Origin: Lentisphaerae bacterium GWF2_44_16
GTDB taxonomy: Bacteria > Verrucomicrobiota > Lentisphaeria > Victivallales > GWF2-45-14
Direction of reading: 5' to 3'
NCBI GenBank assembly: GCA_001803225.1
Contig: MHBF01000019.1
Coordinates: 25,622-89,621 of the forward strand
DNA length: 64,000 nt
Part shown: in pieces, positions 1 to 9,315 of the stretch
Position numbering within the stretch: position 1 is the stretch's first letter
How the letters are laid out: every line of letters starts with the position of its first letter
Position numbers and translations under genes: made by a program
Notes under the pieces: generated by a model
Told to the model about the DNA's origin: nothing
Database searches by the model: none
What the model saw: the letters and a program-made list of their open reading frames with translations, nothing else

Positions 1-542
1 GAATATACCCGGTAGCACATGCCCAACGGGGTTCCGAAGGTGCGAAAGAAAAGTATTCCTCTATCTCCGAGAAGCTTCTGTAAATCTTTTATTTTTCTCA
101 CATTGTCCGGTGTTATTTCAATGCGCAATGACGAGAAATATTCAATAAGCTTGATAGCATCGTCTATCGTTTTCACATAGCGTTCAGTTACGAGACTTGG
201 GTGCCCTTCCGGTTTTTCGGTGATTTGCCGGAGTTCGCCTTTCGGGGTGGACATTGTTGAAATAAACTTATTTTTCCCAATCTCTTCCGTTTTGATTGAA
301 CATGTATCCGAAACAAAAGTAGCAGGCGAGGGAACCGGAAGCTTGAAATCCTCCGCCCCCCAATATTCTCCCAGTTTCAGAATATCATGTGCAAGACTGC
401 CTGACGAAGAATTAAAGACATCTTTCAGTTTTTCCGGGACTCCTGAAGTGGGATTCTCATTCGGAAAGAGATATGCCGATGTCGGAATCCACTGGGGATT
501 TTCACAACGCAAAGTTTGCAACAGGTTTTCACGTGGGGTCAT
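1..542 (-). CDS. ORF with an intact start that runs off the window edge; possibly a uroporphyrinogen-decarboxylase (URO-D)-like family protein
   Basis: Absent from the ORF track because it has no stop inside the window. Manual reverse translation from the ATG at 540-542 gives MTPRENLLQTLRCENPQWIPTSAYLFPNENPTSGVPEKLKDVF...STMSTPKGELRQITEKPEGHP...RTFGTPLGMCYRVY. There is no stop down to base 1 (about 180 codons). It lies 16 nt downstream of the SGNH gene on the same strand. The family guess rests only on N-terminal resemblance. Confidence 0.4.
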   Translation of the reverse strand, partial: MTPRENLLQTLRCENPQWIPTSAYLFPNENPTSGVPEKLKDVFNSSSGSLAHDILKLGEYWGAEDFKLPVPSPATFVSDTCSIKTEEIGKNKFISTMSTPKGELRQITEKPEGHPSLVTERYVKTIDDAIKLIEYFSSLRIEITPDNVRKIKDLQKLLGDRGILFFRTFGTPLGMCYRVY

Positions 543-558
543 AAAATCAATCCTGCTT

Positions 559-1335
559 TTATTTGAGGTCTTTTTGTTTTTGCATGATAATTTGTTGCAG
601 AATTTTAAATATGCCTTCTGCCAGGACCATATTGCCTTCTTCGTTCATGTGGATGCCGTCCTTGTAGATATATCTCTCCCTGCCGTTTTTCTTTCCGAGC
701 GCCAGAAGCTCATAATAGAAATCATAGAGCGGAAATCCGTTTTCCTTGGCGAATTCCCTGAAGGTGTCCTTATACGGGGTTCCGGCATTTTCAAAGCCTC
801 CGCGCTCCTGAAAAAACTCTTTGAAAGCGGGATTTTTACCGTAAGGGTGAATGTCTTCATACATGGGCGGGATTGTGAAACACACGGTTTTTGTTTTTGA
901 CGGTAAAGATTTTTTATACTGTTCAAGTATGCTTTTGAATTCTTCCATGTTTACCCTGCGCTCCACCTTGACGGGGTCAAAATTATTTGCGCACAAATCG
1001 AGGATTACATAATCAGGATTTTTTGAGAGGACGCCGTTTTCAAAACGGGCCATTGCCTCCCGTGCAGAGTTTCCGCCTTTGCCGGAATTCACCATGTTGA
1101 ATTCATATTCCGGAAAACTTTTCCGCAATTTTTCTCCAACGATATTCAACCATTTCTTATTTTCATCGGCCATTTCCTTTGCTTCTGTGATTGACGCGCC
1201 GAGACCTACTATTGTTATTTTTCGTTTTGTCATAGATACTGGTTCCTTTGATGACCTGGAAAAATTGTCTGTTTCCGAAGCTCCCAGGTATTGGCAAATC
1301 GGTAACAGCATCAGAAAAAATACTTGTTTTAACAT
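559..1335 (-). CDS. Secreted SGNH/GDSL-family hydrolase (esterase/lipase-like)
   Basis: 258 aa with a hydrophobic N-terminal signal-like segment (MLKQVFFLMLLPICQYLGA). The SGNH blocks are visible: GLGASIT (Ser), NSGKGGNS (Gly), LCANNFD (Asn) and DGIHMNEEG (D-x-x-H). Confidence 0.75.
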   Translation of the reverse strand: MLKQVFFLMLLPICQYLGASETDNFSRSSKEPVSMTKRKITIVGLGASITEAKEMADENKKWLNIVGEKLRKSFPEYEFNMVNSGKGGNSAREAMARFENGVLSKNPDYVILDLCANNFDPVKVERRVNMEEFKSILEQYKKSLPSKTKTVCFTIPPMYEDIHPYGKNPAFKEFFQERGGFENAGTPYKDTFREFAKENGFPLYDFYYELLALGKKNGRERYIYKDGIHMNEEGNMVLAEGIFKILQQIIMQKQKDLK

Positions 1336-1358
1336 GCAAATTCCTGAAAATTTAAAGT

Positions 1359-2156
1359 TTATAGACTTCTCAGATAGTTTGTGACCTTTTTTATAGCCTG
1401 GTCTGCGGGATATTTGTTGTTTTCATATTCTATATTTATGAAGCCTTTGTAGCCGTATTCCTTCATCGCTTTCCAGCAGCCTTTTGTATCGACATTACCT
1501 TCGCCTATCAATGCGGCGCGGTAATATTTGCCGTCCTGCATTTCTCTGTAGCCTTCCTCGGGATGGTCTATTATATCCCAATCTTTGAAGTGGGCATGCA
1601 CTACGTAATCAGCACATTTCTTAAATGATTCCACTGGGTCTTCTCCGCTTGCGGCATTGCCGTTGTCGTAAGTCAGTTTCAATTGCGGAATTTCTTTTTG
1701 AGCCTGAAAAAAATCCGAAGCCGTAACGAATGGACTGAATTTACCCGGAAAATTTTCCACCGTGAGAATAAGTCCTGCCTCATCAGTCAACGGGGCCACC
1801 TGCTGCAATGCCCCTATCCATGCCCTGCGCGCTTCATTCCTGTCAGTTGTGCCCTGAGGCGCGCCAGGAGGAATCATTACCACCGGCGCACCGAGAGTTA
1901 CGGCATCCTGAATTGACTGTTTTGCTTCATCAAGCCAGTCGTTTTCACGTGCCGCAAATTTTCGAAGAAAGAACGTATGGCAGGCGATTTCCAGTCCGGC
2001 GTCATCTGACATTTTCTTCAATTCCTTCGGATCACGCCCGTAGGTAGTTATCCAGTCTATGCCTTCGAGTTTGCAGTCAACGGCGGTTTTTATGAAGTCC
2101 TCCACCTGGTAAATTTTCTGACGGGCCATCGTATAAGTCATCATGCACAGCTTCAT
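1359..2156 (-). CDS. Sugar phosphate isomerase/epimerase (xylose-isomerase-like TIM barrel family)
   Basis: 265 aa. Family-typical strings are present: LEGIDWITT, VMIPPG, VHAHFKDWD and INIEYEN. Confidence 0.7.
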   Translation of the reverse strand: MKLCMMTYTMARQKIYQVEDFIKTAVDCKLEGIDWITTYGRDPKELKKMSDDAGLEIACHTFFLRKFAARENDWLDEAKQSIQDAVTLGAPVVMIPPGAPQGTTDRNEARRAWIGALQQVAPLTDEAGLILTVENFPGKFSPFVTASDFFQAQKEIPQLKLTYDNGNAASGEDPVESFKKCADYVVHAHFKDWDIIDHPEEGYREMQDGKYYRAALIGEGNVDTKGCWKAMKEYGYKGFINIEYENNKYPADQAIKKVTNYLRSL

Positions 2157-2169
2157 TTTTCACCTGTAA

Positions 2170-3453
2170 TTATTTGTTTATCAATTTTATAATTTCAGCG
2201 GCAATGATATCGCCGACGTTATAATCCATTTTTTGTGACCATCCGGTACAGGTCTCGTGTCCGCCTTTGCGGGAAAAAGATTTTTTGGCAGGGACATAAC
2301 CAAGCCAACCATTGGCAAGAGTTACCACGTATGTGTGTTCCGCCTTGCTTTTCTCTTTTATTTCCAATCCCAGCTCCGTGAAATATTCACCGGGCACTGA
2401 AGCAAAGGCAGTGTTTCCGATTTTAAAGACCTGAACAGGCACTTGGGCTTCTTTAGATTTTGAGTGCAGTTTTTTCAGTTTTTCCAAGTCATGCTGATAC
2501 CAGCCGATTTTTACCAGAGAGCTGAAAACATTAACGAATTTATTATTTCTGACAGCCTCTTCCAGATCTGAATAATCCCTGTATTTAAGGGAAAGGTTTT
2601 TTTCTTCAGCGCTTATTCTGCAATCTTCGCGATATAAAATTTTTTCACTGATGATTTTTTTTACGTCTTCGGCCAGTATGGAGCCAATTTTTTCCTTTGT
2701 GTCCTTATACTGCGCGTCAGAGTAGTTTCTGTGAATGATGTTTCCGCACGCGCCATTAAGAAACACTAAGACGGTATCATTTCCATAAAATTCTTTTATT
2801 TTTTTGCACAAGACGCCGGGATAACCGGCGGATATCTCCCCCATGTGATGACACGCGTGGGATGCGAAATTTACAATTATCCCGCTTATTTTTCCGTCTT
2901 TTTCCCTGATGGAAATTACACCAAGTTCCGGGTCTATCGGGCCTTCATTGCAGAGGATATCATCGCTGAGAGTTGATATTGACGGCTGTGATATTACCGT
3001 ACCATCTCTTTTTATAAAGCGCCTGTTGAAAGAAACCCTTCCTTCGAAGCCGGAGGCGATGCCGATTTCAGAATCTTTCATATTCTCGAAAGCTCTTTTC
3101 AGGGCTTTAATACTCTTCTCAATCATGAAGTTTATATATCTTTCCTCTTTCTGAAAACTAACTCTTTCGATGACGGCGGGACACGCATGATTATGTGTTG
3201 CGCATACGAGTATATTGGATTTGGGTATTCCTGTTTCAATGGAAGCTTTTTCTCTTATGGCATCGGCATATTCCTGTTCAATAATGACGATGTCCATAGA
3301 GAGAAAAGCGATGCATTCAGTCCCGTCACTGAAAACGGCGGCATGGACATAAACAGGATCAAGTATTTCGTTGACCTCTCCCGGGGTTATCCTGTATGTC
3401 CTTATCGGAAAATACTCCGGGCTTATGTCAATTTCAGCAAATCCTGCTTTCAT
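2170..3453 (-). CDS. Neutral/alkaline ceramidase-like N-terminal domain family hydrolase (distant fourth paralogue, cytoplasmic)
   Basis: 427 aa. MKAGFAEIDISPE...DPVYVHAAVFSDGTECIAFLSMDIV...VCATHNHACP follows the G-x-A-x-x-DITP / D-x-L-x-A-x-A / THTHSGP pattern of that family. No signal peptide. The start overlaps the upstream stop in an ATGA (3450-3453). Confidence 0.5.
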   Translation of the reverse strand: MKAGFAEIDISPEYFPIRTYRITPGEVNEILDPVYVHAAVFSDGTECIAFLSMDIVIIEQEYADAIREKASIETGIPKSNILVCATHNHACPAVIERVSFQKEERYINFMIEKSIKALKRAFENMKDSEIGIASGFEGRVSFNRRFIKRDGTVISQPSISTLSDDILCNEGPIDPELGVISIREKDGKISGIIVNFASHACHHMGEISAGYPGVLCKKIKEFYGNDTVLVFLNGACGNIIHRNYSDAQYKDTKEKIGSILAEDVKKIISEKILYREDCRISAEEKNLSLKYRDYSDLEEAVRNNKFVNVFSSLVKIGWYQHDLEKLKKLHSKSKEAQVPVQVFKIGNTAFASVPGEYFTELGLEIKEKSKAEHTYVVTLANGWLGYVPAKKSFSRKGGHETCTGWSQKMDYNVGDIIAAEIIKLINK

Positions 3454-4940
3454 TTGTTTTCCTGTGCGCTGAAAAGTTTATTAATGTCTCCAAGTGTTTC
3501 TTCAACGAGTTCCTGTCCTCCGGTGGAATTGACAAGATTACAGTATTGCGTTGCGCTGTAGCCTTTGCCCCATTCGCCGCGTTCCGTTGGAAGATATGAG
3601 CCGCCGCGTTCTCCGACTTCGCTTCCGGCCAACTGGATTACAAATGTCTGTACGGCCGGACTGCGCGCCTGTATGCGATGGGCATAGTCCATATAAAGCT
3701 CGAAACGGTTGGAAGCGAAAGCAATATCGCCAAGGCGCACGACATGAAGCTCCGTCGGCAGTTTCGGATTTTTCTGATAATTTTCATATCGGTCAATGAC
3801 ATTCTGACAGCGTTTTTTAGCGCTTGCGAGCCTGGAATCGGCAATCATGCGCTGCTTGAGTTCAGGATCGGAGGATTCTTTTCCCTGCTCCAATGTTTTC
3901 AAAGTCGCAAGTTCGTTCTCATATTCTTCTTTTGTAATCGGACGCCTTGTCAATTGAATTGTCCTAGTGACATGGGCGAGCGGCAGGCTTCTGCGGATGT
4001 CTTTCGAGGCCCAGCCGGAAACTTCTTCGACTCCTTTGGCGATTTGTTCGGCTATGTCCTGACGGTGGTTAACGCCTTTCAGTTCCATACGCCTTTTCAT
4101 AGCCTCTTTGTAATACATGTAATTCGGTGAGAGATCTCCTGATGGCGCGCACTGCGGCAGAACAAAGAAATCTTTTCCGAATTTTTTGCGGAGTTCCGCG
4201 CGAGCCTCATGCCAGTAATCAGCGGAGAGTTTCCAGATGCTTCCATCCACCTGTGAGGGGCAGGGCACATTAACAAGCGCGCCAGTCAAATTGTTATCTG
4301 GGTCATAGGTAAACAGCACATTAAGAAAATGGTCAGCTCCTGCTTCGAGGTGGCTGAACATCGGGTCATTTGTCTTGCCGTACATCACCGCGTGTCCGTT
4401 GACCATGAGGCCGGGCCTTGCGGCGGCATCGGGGCGTTTTGAAACATCATCAAAATATACTGCGCGGCGGCTCTGCCCTACAAAAGCGAAACCGTAGCCC
4501 CATGAAACTCCCCCAGGCTGTCTTTTGTTCCATGCCTCGACAATCGCGTCGGCCGCCCTGTCGCTGAAAAAAGCCTGATACTCTTTTCCCGGCATTCTAG
4601 GGAGTGTTTCGAACGGATCCTCTGCTTCGTAAACATCGCCTCCTTCATGTGTATGAGTGGCATTCATGATGATTTTTTCAACAGGGATGGCGGGGTTTGT
4701 TTTATGGACTTTAGCACGGATCGTCTTTACCATGAAAGACCACATCACCACTATGTCGCAGGACAGGAAAATGACAGAATCTTCGTCATTCGAAATAGCG
4801 AGCGCTGTAACTGTAACAGGGTCCATAACGCCCTCCGAAATCCTCAAGTGAAATTGTCCGCGAATGCCTACCGGTTTGTCTGTGGAAACATCCCTTGAAG
4901 CCCAAGCGATACGTAAACTGCCATCATCACTGCTGTTCAT
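3450..4940 (-). CDS. Ceramidase-like hydrolase paralogue (cytoplasmic)
   Basis: 496 aa. LRIAWASRDVSTDKPVGIRGQFHLRISEGVMDPVTVTALAIS...VIFLSCD...MNATHTHEGGD, and a C-terminus GGQELVEETLGDINKL that is colinear with the next two genes. Confidence 0.5.
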   Translation of the reverse strand: MNSSDDGSLRIAWASRDVSTDKPVGIRGQFHLRISEGVMDPVTVTALAISNDEDSVIFLSCDIVVMWSFMVKTIRAKVHKTNPAIPVEKIIMNATHTHEGGDVYEAEDPFETLPRMPGKEYQAFFSDRAADAIVEAWNKRQPGGVSWGYGFAFVGQSRRAVYFDDVSKRPDAAARPGLMVNGHAVMYGKTNDPMFSHLEAGADHFLNVLFTYDPDNNLTGALVNVPCPSQVDGSIWKLSADYWHEARAELRKKFGKDFFVLPQCAPSGDLSPNYMYYKEAMKRRMELKGVNHRQDIAEQIAKGVEEVSGWASKDIRRSLPLAHVTRTIQLTRRPITKEEYENELATLKTLEQGKESSDPELKQRMIADSRLASAKKRCQNVIDRYENYQKNPKLPTELHVVRLGDIAFASNRFELYMDYAHRIQARSPAVQTFVIQLAGSEVGERGGSYLPTERGEWGKGYSATQYCNLVNSTGGQELVEETLGDINKLFSAQENK

Positions 4941-4955
4941 AAGTTAAACCTTTTT

Positions 4956-6512
4956 TTATTTCCATAATTCGTTAATAGTTTTCAATGTTTCCTCGACAAG
5001 CTCCTGTCCGCCCTTCGAGCCTACCTTATTGCAGTACGGGGTTGCGCTGTAGCCACCGCCAGCTTCGGCCCTTTCGGTCGGAAGGTAGGAGCCTCCGCGC
5101 TCAATTCCCTTTCCGGCGAGTTGGATTATAAATGTCTGGACAGCCGGGCTTCTCGACTGTATTCTGACGCCGTAGTCCAGGAAGAGTTCGAACGGATTTG
5201 TCGCAAAAACAATGTCGCCAAGCTTCACCACGTGGATTTCAACAGGCTGTTTTTGCGATGTTCCTTGCGACTGCTCCTCGTATCTTTTTACAACGTCCCT
5301 GCAACGTTGCAGGAAAGTTTGTTGTCTTGAATCCAGTTTTTCCATTGCGTCAAATTGCCTGGCCCATTCGAGATTTTGCTTATATTCTTTTTCTGTTATA
5401 ATTCTTTTTGTGAGATTTATTTCTTTCGAAACATGTTTCAGGTTTACGTCGTTTCTCATGTCCTTAGGGGCCCATGAATATGCGTCGTCAAAAGCCTGTT
5501 TTACCTTCCTGGCTATATCCATTCTCGCGTCAATGCCTTTTAATTCGAGCTTGCGTTTTTCAGCCGCTTTGTTGAGCATCCGGTATGATGTCTGGTCACC
5601 TGCCGCAGAGGATTGCGGGAGTATGAAGAATTTTTCGCCGTACTGTTCTCTTAAGAGTTGCCTGACTTCATGCCAGAAGTCGGCTGAAACGTAAGAAGCC
5701 CCTCCTGTTTCCTGAGACGGGCAGGCCATGTTTATAATGGAGCCTGTGAGTTTTCCTTCCATATTGAAAGTTAAAAGGAATTGCACGGTGTGGTCTTCGT
5801 AACCTTCGATATGGCTGAAGAACGGGTTTTCTGTTTTCCCATACATGCGGGCGTTTTTCTCGATAACTCGCCCGGGGGATTCTTTATAGTCGGGCTGTTT
5901 TGAAAAATCCTCAAGATAAACGGCCCTTCTGTTGCGCCCTACCACCGCATCGCTGAAACCCCATGCGAGCATTCCGGGTATGCGGCTGTTCCAGCTTTCG
6001 ACTGCGGCTTCCGCTATTTTCTCCACAAGGAAAGCCCGGTTTTCTTCCGGATAAAGCAAGCCTTTTTTTTCTTCCGCAGAGAGCTTACTATATTTATCCG
6101 TTCTGTCGCGTATGTCCGGGGCCGTGTGGGCATGAGTGGCGTTCAATACGAGTTTATCCAGAGGGAAATCTTTGGATATTGTTTTAATTATTGCTTTGCT
6201 TTCCTCAATGAGCGGAGTCCCTATGCAAACGCTGTCACAGGAAACAAAGATGAAAGAATCTCCTGAAGTTTCTGATGATACCGCAAGGGCTGTTACGGAG
6301 AGCGAGTCCCTTATTTCCGAAGATATGCGCATATGAAATTGCCCGGCAAGGTTTACTTTGCCTTTCGGAGTGACATCCCTTGATGCCCAGCCGATTAAAA
6401 TGTTCGATTTGGAGTCCATATCTTTTTCTTTCCTTGAATTCAAGTTTTCGGAAGCACAACCGCATATTGATAAGACAGCGGCAAATAAAAGTGACATTCT
6501 GAATAATCTCAT
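4956..6512 (-). CDS. Ceramidase-like hydrolase paralogue, putative lipoprotein
   Basis: Start moved to the ATG at 6510-6512. It overlaps the upstream TGA as ATGA and is preceded by GGAGG. The N-terminus MRLFRMSLLFAAVLSICGCASEN looks like a signal peptide plus a Cys lipobox. The body (GWASRDVTPKGKVNLAGQFHMRISSEIRD, LNATHAHTAPD) is close to 6509-7975. Confidence 0.55.
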   Translation of the reverse strand: MRLFRMSLLFAAVLSICGCASENLNSRKEKDMDSKSNILIGWASRDVTPKGKVNLAGQFHMRISSEIRDSLSVTALAVSSETSGDSFIFVSCDSVCIGTPLIEESKAIIKTISKDFPLDKLVLNATHAHTAPDIRDRTDKYSKLSAEEKKGLLYPEENRAFLVEKIAEAAVESWNSRIPGMLAWGFSDAVVGRNRRAVYLEDFSKQPDYKESPGRVIEKNARMYGKTENPFFSHIEGYEDHTVQFLLTFNMEGKLTGSIINMACPSQETGGASYVSADFWHEVRQLLREQYGEKFFILPQSSAAGDQTSYRMLNKAAEKRKLELKGIDARMDIARKVKQAFDDAYSWAPKDMRNDVNLKHVSKEINLTKRIITEKEYKQNLEWARQFDAMEKLDSRQQTFLQRCRDVVKRYEEQSQGTSQKQPVEIHVVKLGDIVFATNPFELFLDYGVRIQSRSPAVQTFIIQLAGKGIERGGSYLPTERAEAGGGYSATPYCNKVGSKGGQELVEETLKTINELWK

Positions 6513-7975
6513 TTTTCCTCCCATAATCCGTTGATTGTTTTCAAAGTTTCTTCAACGAGTTCCTGCCCGCCTTTTGAGCCGACTTCATTGCAGTAAACGC
6601 ATGCGCTGTAACTGCCACCCGCTTCGGCGCGTTCCGTCGGCAGATATGTCCCGCCTCTGTCAACGCCTTTTCCGGCAAGCTGTACTATGAAAGTCTGAAG
6701 CGCCGGGCTTCTTGCCTCTACTCTGAGACCGTAATCCAGAAAAAGTTCGAAGGGATTTGTCGCAAAAACAATGTCGCCAAGCCTTATCACGTGAATCTCC
6801 ACGGGCTGCTTCGGAAATATGCCTTTCTGCTGATTTTCATATCGCTCAACAACTGCTTTGCAACGGGCGAAACAACGTTCCTGATGCGATGTTAACTGCA
6901 TAGTCTGAAACTGTTTAATCCATTCAAGATTTTTCTTATATTCCTCTTCATTGACGGCACGCTTGGAAAGATTGATTTCACTACAAATATGTTTCAGTTG
7001 CAAATCATTTTTCATATCTTTGGCCGCATACGGATATGTGTCGTCAAAGGCCGCTTTGATCCTCTGCGCTATCGCCATTCTCGAATCAATGCCTTTCAAT
7101 TCAAGCATGCGCTGCTCGGCTTTTTTGTTGAACATCAGATGCGGCGACTGATCTCCGGCGGCGGCGCATTGTGGAAGTATAAAGAGTTTTTCGCCGTATT
7201 CTTTCCTTAAAAGCATCCTGACTTCATGCCAGAAGTCGGCGGAGACTTGAGATATGCCTTCAGTTTCCTGTGAAGGACAGACTATATTTATAATGGATCC
7301 CGTAAGTTTTTTATTCATATCAAAAGTGAAAAGGAATTGCACCGTATGGTCTTCATAACCTTCGATATGACTGAAAAACGGGTTGTCTGTTTTCCCGTAC
7401 ATGCAGGCGTTTTTCTCGATTTTCTGCCCGGGAAATTCCTTATAATCGGGCTGTTTTGAAAAATCCTCAAGATAAACCGCCCTGCGGTTCCGTCCCGCGA
7501 CGGCATAACCCAATCCCCACGCGAGCATGCCCGGCTTGCGGTTGTTCCAACTTTCAATCGCCGCCTCCGCTATTTCGTCTGAAAGGAATTCTATGTTCTC
7601 CCTTGGATACAAGAGGTCTTTTTTCTCTTCATCAGTCAGTGCTTCATAGTTGTAATGACCTTCGCGCAAATCAGGGGCGGTATGAGTATGTGTAGCGTTT
7701 AAAACAAGCTTGTCCAAAGGAAAATCTTTGTATTTTGCTTTGATTATTTTTTTACTTTTTTCAATGAACGGCGTGCCGATGGCACCGGTATCGCAGGATA
7801 CAAAAATGAAAGAATCTTCAGGGTTTTGCGAGGATACGGCAAGGGCTGTTACTGAAAGAGGATCTCTTATTTCCGTCGCTATGCGCATACGGAATTGTCC
7901 TGCGAGATTTACTTTGCCTTTCGGAGTAACATCCCTTGAAGCCCAACCGATGTGTAAACTGCCATCCTCGCTCAT
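6509..7975 (-). CDS. Ceramidase-like hydrolase paralogue (cytoplasmic)
   Basis: 488 aa. HIGWASRDVTPKGKVNLAGQFRMRIATEIRDPLSVTALAVSS, LNATHTHTAPD, FFSHIEGYEDHTVQFL. No signal peptide. Confidence 0.5.
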   Translation of the reverse strand: MSEDGSLHIGWASRDVTPKGKVNLAGQFRMRIATEIRDPLSVTALAVSSQNPEDSFIFVSCDTGAIGTPFIEKSKKIIKAKYKDFPLDKLVLNATHTHTAPDLREGHYNYEALTDEEKKDLLYPRENIEFLSDEIAEAAIESWNNRKPGMLAWGLGYAVAGRNRRAVYLEDFSKQPDYKEFPGQKIEKNACMYGKTDNPFFSHIEGYEDHTVQFLFTFDMNKKLTGSIINIVCPSQETEGISQVSADFWHEVRMLLRKEYGEKLFILPQCAAAGDQSPHLMFNKKAEQRMLELKGIDSRMAIAQRIKAAFDDTYPYAAKDMKNDLQLKHICSEINLSKRAVNEEEYKKNLEWIKQFQTMQLTSHQERCFARCKAVVERYENQQKGIFPKQPVEIHVIRLGDIVFATNPFELFLDYGLRVEARSPALQTFIVQLAGKGVDRGGTYLPTERAEAGGSYSACVYCNEVGSKGGQELVEETLKTINGLWEEK

Positions 7976-7977
7976 TG

Positions 7978-9261
7978 TTATTTCATCCCGTTTATTTTTT
8001 CAACATCAAGTTTATTTATGTTTTCAAAGACTTTAAGAAAGCCTTCGGCTACTTTTTCGGCCACATCTGTACGGTTCGGGGCCCTGAGCGGAACAGTCAT
8101 GCCGAAGTGGCTGTAACAATGCTTCAGCGCGTTCGGATAATTTTCCGCCTTATATTCTACTCCGTCGCCAGCGCCCTTGCAAGACCAGGGGCATCCTCTG
8201 CCGTAAGCGTTTTTGGCTTTGAACACGGTCATGTCGGGGAGAATGAAGCTCTGCCATACGCCAACGGGAACGCCTTCGGCATTGAGAGCTTTCCTGACGG
8301 CGTCGCGCATTTCCGCGGGCTTGCCTTTCCAGCCAATCGCGTCCATGTCAATCCTGACGGTGTAGTTATACCAGTTGTGGGTATGGCCTGTTGGTTCGGT
8401 CGGAAGTATAAGGCCTTTTACGCCTTTAAGTTTTTTATTGAGTACCGCGCCGTTTTCGCGCTGTATCTTGAAATAACCGTCCATTTTTTTCAGTTGAGCG
8501 CGTCCCCATGCGCCGACGAGGTCGCTGCATCTGTACATCCAGCCGAGGGCATACGCATGATAGTCTCTAGATTCCACAGGTGTCCTAGTCTCACCGAAAG
8601 ACCAGAGCATTTTGGCTTTATTGAACATTTCCTCATCATTGGTAACGAACATGCCGCCTTCGCCGGTGCAGAGGCATTTGTTCTGGTTGAAACTGAAAGC
8701 CCCGCAATCGCCCATAGTTCCTACCTTTTTGCCTTTGAAAAGAGCGCCGTGCGCCTGACAGGCGTCTTCAATGACTTTCAGTTTATGCTTTTTAGCTATC
8801 TTCATGACCTTTTCCATGTTTACGGCAAGACCGTGCAGATGGACAACTACAATCGCCTTAGTACGCGGGGTTATCGCAGCTTCTATTTTGCTTACATCTA
8901 TGTTGATGGTGTCGAAATCGATATCAACGAATATCGGAATAGCGTTATGATGGAGTATGCATGTCGCGCTTGAAGACCATGAATACGAAGTAACCAGCAC
9001 ATGATCTCCCGCGCCTACGCCGGAGGCGAATATGCCCATGTGCAGCGCCGCCGTGCCGCTGTTTGTAAATATGGCGAACTTGTTGCCGTTCCACTGGGCA
9101 AATTCGTTCTGGAATTCCACACTGTTCGGACCGAAAGCGTGTTTAGGATTGTCCAGCGAAGCAAGTACCATCTGTTTATCGGTATCGTCTATCGGAGGCC
9201 AATCCCTGATCATGCCTTCCGGGATAACTCTTTTGCCGCCGTCTATTGCCAGTTTGCTCAT
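7978..9261 (-). CDS. DegT/DnrJ/EryC1/StrS-family PLP-dependent aminotransferase
   Basis: Start moved to MSKLAIDGGK (ATG at 9259-9261, AGGAG 8 nt upstream). Motifs: FTNSGTAALH, EDACQAHG, and SFNQNKCLCTGEGGMFVTND, which contains the PLP-binding Lys. The 24-codon extension in the ORF track (MRFVAT...) is read out of an intergenic repeat. Confidence 0.8.
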   Translation of the reverse strand: MSKLAIDGGKRVIPEGMIRDWPPIDDTDKQMVLASLDNPKHAFGPNSVEFQNEFAQWNGNKFAIFTNSGTAALHMGIFASGVGAGDHVLVTSYSWSSSATCILHHNAIPIFVDIDFDTINIDVSKIEAAITPRTKAIVVVHLHGLAVNMEKVMKIAKKHKLKVIEDACQAHGALFKGKKVGTMGDCGAFSFNQNKCLCTGEGGMFVTNDEEMFNKAKMLWSFGETRTPVESRDYHAYALGWMYRCSDLVGAWGRAQLKKMDGYFKIQRENGAVLNKKLKGVKGLILPTEPTGHTHNWYNYTVRIDMDAIGWKGKPAEMRDAVRKALNAEGVPVGVWQSFILPDMTVFKAKNAYGRGCPWSCKGAGDGVEYKAENYPNALKHCYSHFGMTVPLRAPNRTDVAEKVAEGFLKVFENINKLDVEKINGMK

Positions 9262-9315
9262 TTTGAAATCTCCTGTAGTTTTTGAACTTATCCGGTGTTG
9301 CCGGGACTTTAAGAC

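Noticed and set aside
220-900. 226-aa plus-strand ORF, and similar long ORFs on the opposite strand of well-supported genes. Examples: 7936-8973, 11572-12135, 19835-20494, 21325-22077, 22690-23313, 38506-39033, 45387-45980, 46110-46538, 57739-58281, 60961-61536.
   Set aside because: Each lies antisense within, or across, a gene whose product has clear family motifs. Their translations are low-complexity or motif-free and lack RBS-like sequences. They are treated as shadow ORFs.
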